The notes: a model not told the origin generated them from the sequence alone. 36,692 nucleotides of DNA from an uncultured bacterium (GCA_965601905.1 CBFCXB010000001.1:1-36692); one strand, 5' to 3'; counted from the first letter of the stretch, positions 25,215-33,696 are shown. A program made the numbers and translations.

Positions 25215-26336
25215 TTATTCAGGGAGGGTGAGTTGCTCCGCCAACCATCCGGCCACGAAGGCATGCCCCCGCTCGTTGTAATGCCCCTCCCGGAACCAGA
25301 TCTCATTGACATCCACGCCGCGGAATTCGTCCGTCAGATCGATCAACTCGCAAGAGTCGAGACGTTCGGCGAGAAATCGCTGGGGCAGCTCGAGGTCGAA
25401 TTCCTCCGGTGGATTTTTCGAGCTGATCTGTACCTTTGCGGGAAGGTACACGATCGTCAGGGGGATTCCCCGGGTGCCGAGATCACTCGCGATCTCGTTG
25501 AAATAGTCCGCCGTTTCCTTCAGCAGGTGGTTTGACTGCCCCGTGAATATCCCCTCGAGGGGATATGTGACGAACCCGAGGGCGTCGCGGAGATGTTTCG
25601 TGCGCTCGCTTATGAACGCGAATGCCCGCGATCGGGTGTTGAGAAATGTCTTGAGCCGGATCAGGGTCGCCTGACGGTTCGAAACATGTTCCTGCTGCAA
25701 CCCTTCCCCCGCCATGAAATCCCCGCCGCGTTCCCGTTCGTTGCGGTACCGCACGTTGTCGAAGACATCGTTTATGTAAAAGCAGATGACGATCTGATCG
25801 GCGCCGAGTGCCAGGGCGTCCTCGAGGTACTCACGCTCATCGAGCGTCCCCGAGTCCCAGATGCCGAGGTTCATCGTTTCGACAGGGCGGCCAAAACGAT
25901 TCTGCAGCTTCCGCTGCGCGATGCGGGGAAATGCGTGCTCGCTCCCCACGCCGTGCCCTATCGTGAACGAGTCACCGAGGAATGCGATCCGGAGCGTACC
26001 CGGATCCTTGACGCGCTTCCATTCACGGTCGAAGTACCCCATCGAATTCGACCGGTAGGTGACTTCGAACTCCTTCGTTATGTGACGGATCACCGTGTGT
26101 GCGTGGAGTGTCCGCATCCGCAGCGTTCGCGGCGTTCCCGTTTCCACCCGTTCCACGATCTCGAAGGCGCGCGTCCAGCCTGCGATCCGCAGGCCCATTT
26201 CCAGAAAGACGAGTATGGCGATCAGTGCAGCGGCGGCGACGATAAGCGAGAATGCGATATTCTTCGACAGGCTGCGTGCCGTGCGGCCGGCGGCGCCCAC
26301 GCCGCTCTCCCTGAATTTTCCGCTCTTTTCGATCAT
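25215..26336 (-). CDS. membrane-anchored SGNH/GDSL-family hydrolase
   Basis: Start ATG 26336 (MIEKSGKF...) precedes a TM anchor (IAFSLIVAAAALIAILVFL). Block I is RIAFLGDSFTIGHGV. The C-terminal motif is FREGHYNERGHAFVA. The 78 codons upstream in the track ORF are rejected because a promoter-like motif lies inside them. Confidence 0.75.
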   Translation of the reverse strand: MIEKSGKFRESGVGAAGRTARSLSKNIAFSLIVAAAALIAILVFLEMGLRIAGWTRAFEIVERVETGTPRTLRMRTLHAHTVIRHITKEFEVTYRSNSMGYFDREWKRVKDPGTLRIAFLGDSFTIGHGVGSEHAFPRIAQRKLQNRFGRPVETMNLGIWDSGTLDEREYLEDALALGADQIVICFYINDVFDNVRYRNERERGGDFMAGEGLQQEHVSNRQATLIRLKTFLNTRSRAFAFISERTKHLRDALGFVTYPLEGIFTGQSNHLLKETADYFNEIASDLGTRGIPLTIVYLPAKVQISSKNPPEEFDLELPQRFLAERLDSCELIDLTDEFRGVDVNEIWFREGHYNERGHAFVAGWLAEQLTLPE

Positions 26337-26388
26337 CCGCCTCCGCGCGGTCACTGCCGGATCATGTCCCGTGACATGGTGTGCCGCA

Positions 26389-26417
26389 AGGATACGGGAT
26401 ATGTTGGGGATTAACAA
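26389..26417 (-). promoter_or_regulatory. candidate sigma-70-type promoter for the SGNH hydrolase gene
   Basis: The minus strand reads TTGTTA, a 17-nt spacer, then TATCCT, about 50 nt upstream of ATG 26336. Confidence 0.3.
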
Positions 26418-26636
26418 GCGTGTAATGGGGCGGCTGTTCCGGACGAGGTCACGCGAACGTTCGACGGGAGGGAGCGTGTGCAACTGAAAGCGATATATCA
26501 CGATCCAATCTGCGGCCGGCGCGTCGGTGCTCAAAATGAAATATTGAGCGGCAATGTCGCATTTTGCCACGTTACCGGTTCCAGGTCCCGGATTGTGGTG
26601 GAAAACTTACGCCAGGGGCCTTTATCTTTTTTATGA

Positions 26637-26666
26637 TTGACGCAGCAAATCTCTCTATGATATAAT
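26637..26666 (+). promoter_or_regulatory. sigma-70-type promoter for the 739-aa T9SS cargo gene
   Basis: TTGACG (26637-26642), an 18-nt spacer, then consensus TATAAT (26661-26666). It lies about 150 nt upstream of ATG 26814. Confidence 0.55.
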
Positions 26667-26679
26667 AGCTTATGCAGTT

Positions 26680-26803
26680 CCGGAGGATGATTTCCTCCGG
26701 TTGGTAAATCAACTTCGTTGTTCCGCATCGGCTGTGCTCAACGAGGATCATCAGAAATAGACCTCCTCACGCAGCATGAGGTGGTTCGCCTTTAGGCAGG
26801 AGG
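26680..26803 (+). promoter_or_regulatory. structured 5' leader with SD / anti-SD-like hairpins
   Basis: There is a perfect 8-bp hairpin, CCGGAGGA-tgatt-TCCTCCGG (26680-26700). CCTCCTCA (26762-26769) can pair with TGAGGTGG (26777-26784). Alternatively it can pair with the true SD AGGAGG (26798-26803). Confidence 0.4.
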
Positions 26804-26813
26804 TTGTTCAACT

Positions 26814-29033
26814 ATGAAGATTGCAACGGTCCTTGCTGCGCTACTCATACTCGTTCTTCCCGCACTTTCCTTCGCGAGCGACGTAATCATGAATGACAAC
26901 GGATTCCTCTTCGTGGATGGGGGTTTCCCGTACAGCAGCGAGGGAGACATTCTGTCGGGAGTCGGGTTCGTGAGCTCCACGACGCCACCCTTGAGCGCCG
27001 ATCTCTCGCTCAACGAGCTCACCTGGAGTATTAGCGATCTTGTTGTCGCCGATCAGTTCACGTACAACACCACGGTCTACACCAATTATTCCGGCGGGAC
27101 GATCAAGATATTCCTCGATCCGGCGATGAATGCCGATTACGGCACCAGCCCCCCGAATCCCAGCTCGCCGGTGACGTTCGAAGACGGCGAGCAGTTTCTG
27201 ATCGGGACGATCGTGATGGCGCGAATGACGTACAATACGGGAACACAGGCCGGTGTGCTTCAGGCACTCGTCAACTTCACCTACGGCACGGCCCTTCCCG
27301 ACCTCCCGCAACCGAACGGCACTATCGTCGAGTTCACCTTCGGTCCCAATGATCCCAACATACCGTGCGGTTACGTACTCCAGGCGATCGGCAAGGTCGT
27401 TGCGCCGGCGCTGTGTACGGTCAAGGGGAACGTAAGCTATGTATTCGATTCGGGAGCGTGCGAGCGGTGCGAGGGGATCACGCAGCTTGTAATGAACTAC
27501 ACCGGGGCGGGGGATCTCTCGACCGTTACGATCACCGGCGGCGTCCAGTTCGAGGTGATGGGCAACCAGTTGACCATTACGCCGGGTGACTGCGAGAGCG
27601 AGCTCCCGGGCAATATCAAGATCACGATCGGCGACGACGATGTTGATATTCACACATCCTGCTCGCGGTCGATCGATCCGGGCAACGTGATCGGTGATTT
27701 CACCGTTACATCGGTCGACAAGATCATCGTCCCGTGCGAGGAGGAGGTGTGCGAGGGAATCTCGAGCCTCGTGCTCCTGTACAACGGGATCGGCGACCCT
27801 GCGACGGTGACGGTCTCCGACGGCGTCTACGCGACCGTTGACGATCATTTCATCACGATCCTTCCGACGGGCGACGAACTGAAGGGCAATACCACCATCA
27901 CCATCGATGGTGACGGGGCGACGATACACACCTCGTGCTCACAGCCCCTCGAGGCCGGATTCGTATTCGGCGAATACGAGATCGTCGCCGTGGACAAGAT
28001 ATTCGCCGGTGGCGGCGTGATGCCGGACAGCGGTCCCGTCGTGGGCGCGACGGTCGATCTCGTCGACGGCGAGGGGAACATACACAGCACCCTTACTGAC
28101 GAAGCGGGCAATTATATCTTCCCCGACGTTGCGATATCAGATATCTCGGTCAGTCTCGTCGTTCCGCTGGGGTACTATCCGGTGACGCCGACCGAGGTCG
28201 GGCTGACCTGCGCGCCGGGTGATGTCGCGATCGTCGATTTCGTCGTCGAGCGGGTTGCCACACAGGACAAGCCGCGGAGCGTCGGGTTCTGGAAGCACCA
28301 GGTCCACAGCGCGCTCAAGGGCAAGCAGAAGGGCGTGCAGGTGCCGGCCGACCAGCTCATCGTTCTGTTCGACCAGATTCACAACCGGTTCGACCAGTAC
28401 TTCGAGGTCTTCATCCCGGTCGTGACGCTCGAGAATTTCTATGATGTACTGTCGGTCAAGGGCGGCACGATGTATGAGAAGGGGCGTAAGCAGTTCGCCG
28501 CGCTGCTTCTCAATGTCGTATCCAACCGCCTCAGCACGTGGCAGTTCATCAGCGATGATAACGCCACGGTGAGCCAGGCGATCACGTATGTCGGAAACAT
28601 GCTCATCGACGAGGACGATACGAACGACGAGCTAGCCAAGAATATCGCCGAGATCATCGTCAACGATCAGCTCGTCGGCGCGGGCGTTATACCGCTCGAT
28701 ATAGGTCAGATCGCTTATTCACCGCCGAAGCCCTATTCGGAGGATAACGTGCCGTCAGTGATACTCAGCGCGGGCAACCATCCGAATCCGTTCAACCCGA
28801 CGACGACTTTCACCTACGAATTGCGGCAGCCGTCGCCGGTCGAACTGGCGATTTACAACGTGCTTGGACAGAAGGTCAAGGATATCATCCGCGGTAAAAT
28901 TCAAATGGGTCCCAACGCCGTGAGCTGGGATGGAAGGGACGATGCGGGGCGGCAGCTCGTCTCCGGTGTGTACTTCTACCGGTTGAAGGCCGGAAACGAG
29001 GTGGTGACAAACCGTATCGTGATGATTCGCTGA
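26814..29033 (+). CDS. exported multi-domain protein of unknown function with T9SS type-A CTD
   Basis: 739 aa. It has a signal peptide (MKIATVLAALLILVLPALSFA). Its N-terminal domain is shared with the next gene. It has two tandem ~90-aa Cys-containing repeats (...IHTSCSRSIDPGNVIGDF.. and ..IHTSCSQPLEAGFVFGEY..). It has a CarboxypepD_reg/SdrD-B-like segment (VVGATVDLVDGEGNIHSTLTDEAGNYIFPDV) and a helical region starting RSVGFWKHQV. The CTD is NHPNPFNPTTTFTYELRQPSPVELAIYNVLGQKV...GVYFYRLKAGNEVVTNRIVMIR. Confidence 0.9.
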   Translation: MKIATVLAALLILVLPALSFASDVIMNDNGFLFVDGGFPYSSEGDILSGVGFVSSTTPPLSADLSLNELTWSISDLVVADQFTYNTTVYTNYSGGTIKIFLDPAMNADYGTSPPNPSSPVTFEDGEQFLIGTIVMARMTYNTGTQAGVLQALVNFTYGTALPDLPQPNGTIVEFTFGPNDPNIPCGYVLQAIGKVVAPALCTVKGNVSYVFDSGACERCEGITQLVMNYTGAGDLSTVTITGGVQFEVMGNQLTITPGDCESELPGNIKITIGDDDVDIHTSCSRSIDPGNVIGDFTVTSVDKIIVPCEEEVCEGISSLVLLYNGIGDPATVTVSDGVYATVDDHFITILPTGDELKGNTTITIDGDGATIHTSCSQPLEAGFVFGEYEIVAVDKIFAGGGVMPDSGPVVGATVDLVDGEGNIHSTLTDEAGNYIFPDVAISDISVSLVVPLGYYPVTPTEVGLTCAPGDVAIVDFVVERVATQDKPRSVGFWKHQVHSALKGKQKGVQVPADQLIVLFDQIHNRFDQYFEVFIPVVTLENFYDVLSVKGGTMYEKGRKQFAALLLNVVSNRLSTWQFISDDNATVSQAITYVGNMLIDEDDTNDELAKNIAEIIVNDQLVGAGVIPLDIGQIAYSPPKPYSEDNVPSVILSAGNHPNPFNPTTTFTYELRQPSPVELAIYNVLGQKVKDIIRGKIQMGPNAVSWDGRDDAGRQLVSGVYFYRLKAGNEVVTNRIVMIR

Positions 29034-29057
29034 TGCGAAAATCGACTGCCGGGTGCT

Positions 29058-29078
29058 CCGGGCGAACGAGTCGCCCGG
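29058..29078 (+). terminator. hairpin after the 739-aa gene (possible terminator or attenuator)
   Basis: CCGGGCGA-acgag-TCGCCCGG is a perfect 8-bp stem 25 nt after the stop. It has no T-tract. Confidence 0.3.
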
Positions 29079-29177
29079 GTGCCCGGTGGCCGGTGAAGGC
29101 ACGGTGCGATGGTTTGTACATGGATCATGACGATTAATACTATTTCGTGCACACGATAGGTCGTAAGGGAGGCATCT

Positions 29178-29837
29178 ATGAGAAAACTGCTCGTTGCGCT
29201 TTGTATTGTGTTTCTGTTTGTGCCTGCGGGCGTTTCCGCTCAGGACCAGGAGCAGATCGCCTTATACGGGTACAGTTACTTTACCCCACCCGAGGATGTC
29301 GGAACGGTCACAACGGTGGTCGGAACGCTGGAACCGCCGGTCGGATTCACCTATCCGTTCACGGTTGATTTCGGCACGTACGAGTACACGTTCTATTTCG
29401 AAACGGTGATAACCGCAATCATGCCGGGTCCGTTCAGCAATGATATCTTTTACGCCGATACGGATGTCTTCATATACGAGGATCCGGCGCGGAACGCGGA
29501 TTACGGGGCGGATCCTCCAAATGGGACATCGCCCTCGACCTTCCAGGATGGAACGCTGGCTCTCCGTGGAACCTTTTCGAGCATCATGCGGTCAGACGAT
29601 CCCTTCGGCTTCTTCGAGCCGGTGGTGACGGCGGATTGCGCCTTCAGCGGTGGAACGAAACTCCCCGAGCTCGTACAGGGGTTCAACTGGTCGGTACACG
29701 GCGGCCTGATGCTGAACGATCCGACAACGCCGCCGGGATACCAGCACGCATGGATTCTCAAGATATTCTTCACGGGCCCGATGCCGGTTGAGGACACGAC
29801 GTGGGGATCGATCAAGGCGCAGTACACAGGGGAATAG
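29178..29837 (+). CDS. exported protein of unknown function, paralogous to the N-terminal domain of the 739-aa protein
   Basis: GGGAGG RBS. It has a signal peptide (MRKLLVALCIVFLFVPAGVSAQ). DVFIYEDPARNADYGADPPNGTSPSTFQDGTLALRGTF aligns with TIKIFLDPAMNADYGTSPPNPSSPVTFEDGEQFLIGTI of the upstream gene. It ends ...PVEDTTWGSIKAQYTGE without a CTD. Confidence 0.85.
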   Translation: MRKLLVALCIVFLFVPAGVSAQDQEQIALYGYSYFTPPEDVGTVTTVVGTLEPPVGFTYPFTVDFGTYEYTFYFETVITAIMPGPFSNDIFYADTDVFIYEDPARNADYGADPPNGTSPSTFQDGTLALRGTFSSIMRSDDPFGFFEPVVTADCAFSGGTKLPELVQGFNWSVHGGLMLNDPTTPPGYQHAWILKIFFTGPMPVEDTTWGSIKAQYTGE

Positions 29838-30081
29838 GCGCGGACCGGGATATTTTGTAACGGAACCGTATTGGGGTTGCTTCTTCGGTAACGGCACCGT
29901 TCATATGGCACGATCATGCCGCGAATGAGACGTGCTGTAGCCACACCGCGTCGCGATTGAGACATTTTTTCCTTTCTACAATTTTACATGGAACCGAGCG
30001 CGGATGTATCCGTATATATTCATGCAAGCACTTACGCAATTGAAAGGCCAAACCTTAGGAAAGAAGGAGGGGAGATGTGTC

Positions 30082-30588
30082 ATGGATCTTCTCAAGGAAT
30101 TAGGGACATTCGCGTTTGCCAGCAGATTGAAACGATTGAGTGACCGGTTGAAGTCGGAGGCCACAACTTTGTATCACCACCGTGGGGCGGATTTCAACGA
30201 CAGCTGGTTTCTGATCGGATACCTGCTTTCCAGGGAAGAGAACCTGACGGTGACCGAAATGGCCAGGGCGCTGGGCATATCCCGCCCCGCCATCAGCCAG
30301 ATAGCGGGCGAGATGTCAAAGCACCGGCTCATCAACGTGCGTATCGATGAAACGGACAGGAGACGCAAGATTCTCTCGTTGACCGAAAGCGGGAGGGAAG
30401 CGGTCGATTCGCTGGAGCCGGTCTGGAACGCGGTCGCCGAATGCACCGAGGAGCTGATCGCGACGTCCGGACAAGACGTGCTGAAGGCGATCGATGCCAT
30501 CGAGCATGGAATCGAGACGCGCAGCCTCTTCGCCCGTGTGCTTGACCGGCTCGACGACGATGGGCACGGGCAGGCCTCCAGCGGCTGA
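30082..30588 (+). CDS. MarR-family transcriptional regulator
   Basis: It has a winged-HTH pattern (LTVTEMARALGISRPAISQIAGEMSKHRLINVRIDETDRRRKILSLTESGREAV). ATG 30082 has AAGGAGGGG about 11 nt upstream. The track start at 30004 is less likely. Confidence 0.85.
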   Translation: MDLLKELGTFAFASRLKRLSDRLKSEATTLYHHRGADFNDSWFLIGYLLSREENLTVTEMARALGISRPAISQIAGEMSKHRLINVRIDETDRRRKILSLTESGREAVDSLEPVWNAVAECTEELIATSGQDVLKAIDAIEHGIETRSLFARVLDRLDDDGHGQASSG

Positions 30589-30596
30589 CCGAAGAT

Positions 30597-31664
30597 ATGC
30601 GGGAAATCTCCGGGGACAAGCATCTCTGGGTGAGACCCGCCAGTGAGGAGCAGATTTGTGAATCACGGATCGAGAGCCCGACGGACGAAGACATACAGCG
30701 CCGGATCGACGAGCAGGCCAGGCAAAACTTCGGCTTCGTGAAGGTCGAGCGTTTCCCCTGGAACATCGGTTACCTCAAGTTCAACAGCTTCGCCGATGCC
30801 ACGTACGCGGGGAAAACGGCAACAAACGCGATGAATTTCCTCGCGCACTGCGATGCGATCATCATCGACCTCCGTGAGAACGGCGGCGGTTCTCCCAGCA
30901 TGGTTCAGCTCATCACAAGCTATTTCCTCGACGAACCGACGCACCTGAACAGCTTCTACGTTCGCAAAACCGATTCGATGAAGGACTCTTGGAGCCATGC
31001 GTACGTCGAGGGGGAACGTTTGAACGATGTGCCGCTGTATATCCTGACGAGCGGCTATACCTTCTCGGCCGCCGAGGAGTTCACGTACGATCTGAAGAAC
31101 CTCGAGCGGGCGACGATCGTCGGCGAGACAACGGGCGGCGGCGCGCATCCCACCGAGCGGGTGGTGTTCGCGGAGCTGAAGGTTATCATGTCCTGCCTGT
31201 TCGGTCGCGCGGTCAACCCGATCACCGGAACAAACTGGGAGGGAACCGGCATCGAACCGCACATAGCGGTTCCCCAGGAGGAGGCGCTCGATGCTGCGCG
31301 GCTCGATGTGATGAAGACCATGAGGGAGCGGACGGGCGACGAGCGGCTCGGGCGGGGACTCGATTTCGCGATCAAGCGGCTCGAGGCGCTCCGCGGGCCG
31401 GTTGAGATCGACCTCGGGAGCGTGGAGAAATATGCCGGCGATTACGGCCCGCGTCACATCGTGATCGAGAACGGCGCCCTGCACTATGTGCGCAATGGGC
31501 GGCCGAAGTTCCGGATGATACCCGTCACGGAGACGCTCTTTTGCTTCGAAGAGATCGAGTACTTTATGCTGGAGATGGAGCTCGACGACAACGGTGATCC
31601 CGTGGCGCTCGTCGGCATTTACGATAACGGGCGGACCGATCGATCGCCGAGGGACGGCGATTGA
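30597..31664 (+). CDS. S41-family (IRBP/tail-specific-like) peptidase domain protein, apparently 5'-truncated
   Basis: Motifs are AIIIDLRENGGGSPSMVQLITSYF and LYILTSGYTFSAAEEFTYDLKNLERATIVGETTGGGAHP. The ORF opens at MREISGDKHLWVRP, 9 nt after the marR stop. It has no signal peptide or N-terminal domain. The upstream frame is closed by a TGA 18 codons earlier. Confidence 0.75.
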   Translation: MREISGDKHLWVRPASEEQICESRIESPTDEDIQRRIDEQARQNFGFVKVERFPWNIGYLKFNSFADATYAGKTATNAMNFLAHCDAIIIDLRENGGGSPSMVQLITSYFLDEPTHLNSFYVRKTDSMKDSWSHAYVEGERLNDVPLYILTSGYTFSAAEEFTYDLKNLERATIVGETTGGGAHPTERVVFAELKVIMSCLFGRAVNPITGTNWEGTGIEPHIAVPQEEALDAARLDVMKTMRERTGDERLGRGLDFAIKRLEALRGPVEIDLGSVEKYAGDYGPRHIVIENGALHYVRNGRPKFRMIPVTETLFCFEEIEYFMLEMELDDNGDPVALVGIYDNGRTDRSPRDGD

Positions 31665-31921
31665 GGAGCGCCCACCCTACGGTACTTGAACTCCGCGCGC
31701 GCCACGCCGGAGACATCGCAGGCGAATGTCCAGATCCAGAAATCGTTTGTCATGCCGGCGCCGTCCCCGCCGGGGTATCCCCATCAGATATTTTTTCGGA
31801 TATGGAATAGAGGCCGGACGCCGCGACGGAGCGCTCAGGCCTGGACAGCCCGAAATGCACCGGCGCGGAGGCGGAGCATCTCGATGGATCACAGCCTGAA
31901 AGGGAGAACTTCCCGAGTTTT

Positions 31922-33208
31922 TTACCGAACGAGTGTAACCTTTCCGGTCGAGACGGTCACGCCTGCCTTCAGCCGCGTGAGGTATACTCCGGACGGCAGC
32001 TGCCGCCCGTGCACGTCAACGCCGCGCCAGCTCGCCTCATGGCGTCCTGACGGCATCGTTCCATCGACGAGCACGGCGACCCGCCTCCCGGAGATATCGT
32101 ACACGGCCAGTTCCACGCGGTGGCTGCGGGACAGCACGAAGGGGATTGTCACCACCGGATTGAAGGGATTCGGGTACGCGGGGAGCAGTCCACCGGCCGC
32201 AACCTGTGGTGTCGTCGAACCGGCGAGATCGTTGCTTCCGCGGTAGAGGCGGACGAGTCCGTCGCCGTAGCCGACCAGGAGGTCGCGGACACCGTCCGCG
32301 TCCCAGTCGCAGATGAAGGGGCGCGAGCGCAGGGCGCTGGGGAGATCGATGGCTGCGCTGTCCGATTCGATGGGAGTGTTCCCCGAGAATACGGGCGCAT
32401 CGTCATTTCCGATGTTCCGGTAGAGAAGAAGCTGTCCCTCGGTGTTGCCCGTGAGAATGTCCTTTCTGCCGTCGTTGTCCAGGTCGGCGATCTCCGGGCT
32501 GGCCCTGAGCGTTGGAACGATCATATCGCTCACGCCTTCCTGTATGAACCGCTCGATCCGGAAATCCCACTGCGAGTCGGTTCCCTCGTTGATGAAGAGA
32601 TGAATCTTGCCGTCCTTGGAACCGACCACGACATCACGCCGTCCGTCGTTGTTCCAGTCGACAACGGCCGGAGCCGGCCGCTGTCCCACGTCGATATCGA
32701 CCTTGGCGCTGGGAAATCCAACCTGGAGGAGTGTGCCGCCGTCGAACATCGGGTAGCCGTCCGTGTTGATGTTGCGGTAGAGTCTCAGCGTTCCCTCGGC
32801 CTCGCCGATGAGGAGATCCTTGCGGCCACCGTTATCCGCGTCGACCACGCGGGGAAAGACGCCCATTCAACCACTGCTCGGACTGGAGAGGTCCGATCCG
32901 TTCGATTGCACGTAGAAGTATTCGTTGAATGTGGGATTTCCGGAAGTGCCGGTGCTCAGGTACACGCGGACCTTGCCGTCGTCGAGGCCGAGGCCGCCCT
33001 CGCCGACGATGAGGTCCGGTAGATCGTCCCCGTTCCAATGTACATACGAGGGAACGGAGAACCCCGGCACGTCTATGTCGACGCCGCCCGCCTGCACCAG
33101 CTCCTCGGGTCCGAATGATTCCTGCCCGGCGGCCGGCATGAAAAGCAGAACCTGCGCGGCGAGCAGGCAGAAGATGGCCGCCGGAAGCTTGTAGCTGATG
33201 TGATGCAT
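31922..33208 (-). pseudogene. FG-GAP/VCBS-repeat T9SS cargo gene interrupted by one in-frame TGA
   Basis: ORFs 32867..33406 and 31922..32866 are contiguous in the same frame and separated only by a TGA (32867-32869). The start is ATG 33208 (GGAGG 8 nt upstream, signal peptide MHHISYKLPAAIFCLLAAQVLLFMPAAG). FG-GAP repeats lie on both sides (DDLPDLIVGEGG..; VVDADNGGRKDLLIG; DWNNDGRRDVVVG; DLDNDGRKDILTG; DWDADGVRDLLVG). The CTD is YPNPFNPVVTIPFVLSRSHRVELAVYDISGRRV...GVYLTRLKAG...KVTLVR. Confidence 0.8.
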
Positions 33209-33258
33209 GAAGAAATCCTCCCCGATGTGTTTGGTCGTCTCGCTCCGTTCTCTGATGG

Positions 33259-33696
33259 TCAGATGTGACGCGTAAGATCGCCCGGTTCCCGCCCCGGTTT
33301 CCACGCGGCGAGGTCGGCGAGCATGATGCCGCTCAGTGCCTGTTTCACGATGGCCGCGGCCGTGCGCCATACCTGCCTCGTCGGGCATGCGTCGGACTTC
33401 GTGCATGCGCTCGGATCATCGACGCACGGAACGAGGCATATGCCCTCTTCCAGTGCGCAGACGATGTCGCTCACGCTGATCTCCTCGGCGGGTCGTGCGA
33501 GGATGTACCCGCCGCCCTTGCCCTTGTAGCTCTTCAACAGCCCGGCCCCGCGCAGCATGTTGAGGAGACGATCGAGGTATTTCTTGGAAAGGTCCTCGCA
33601 TGATGCGAGCGTCTCCGATGTAACGGGCCCCCGGTCGTTTCTCGCGACGGATACCATTGCTCTGAGGCCGTACCGGGAGCGAGTCGAGAGTCGCAT
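33259..33696 (-). CDS. Rrf2-family transcriptional regulator (IscR/NsrR-like, with Cys cluster ligands)
   Basis: The N-terminus is MRLSTRSRYGLRAMVSVARN...LSKKYLDRLLNMLRGAGLLKSYKGKGGGYILARP. The Cys triad region is CLVPCVDDPSACTKSDACPTR. Confidence 0.9.
   Translation of the reverse strand: MRLSTRSRYGLRAMVSVARNDRGPVTSETLASCEDLSKKYLDRLLNMLRGAGLLKSYKGKGGGYILARPAEEISVSDIVCALEEGICLVPCVDDPSACTKSDACPTRQVWRTAAAIVKQALSGIMLADLAAWKPGREPGDLTRHI

Noticed and set aside
25157-25312. N-terminal extensions of track ORFs: DPP-IV 25157-25312, SGNH 26337-26570, MarR 30004-30081, TonB 7235-7306 and GAF 7134-7160
   Set aside because: In each case an internal ATG with a clear GGAGG-type RBS is followed directly by a signal peptide, a TM anchor or the domain start. 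The upstream codons lack protein-like character or contain promoter-like motifs.
29906-29921. Sigma-54-like TGGCACGATCATGCCG upstream of marR
   Set aside because: The GG and GC dinucleotides are separated by 9 nt rather than 10, and the -12 TTGC is absent. It reads better as a GGCA/TGCC palindrome and is reported as a possible operator instead.
32836-32869. Selenocysteine recoding of the in-frame TGA in the FG-GAP gene. A 6-bp hairpin, CCGCGU-GGUCG-ACGCGG, lies 14 nt downstream. Its loop contains GGUC, which is reminiscent of the E. coli fdhF SECIS apex.
   Set aside because: FG-GAP surface proteins are not a known selenoprotein family. The spacing and stem are only loosely SECIS-like. No sel genes are visible here. 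A CGA->TGA nonsense change at a position where sister repeats have Arg is far more parsimonious.
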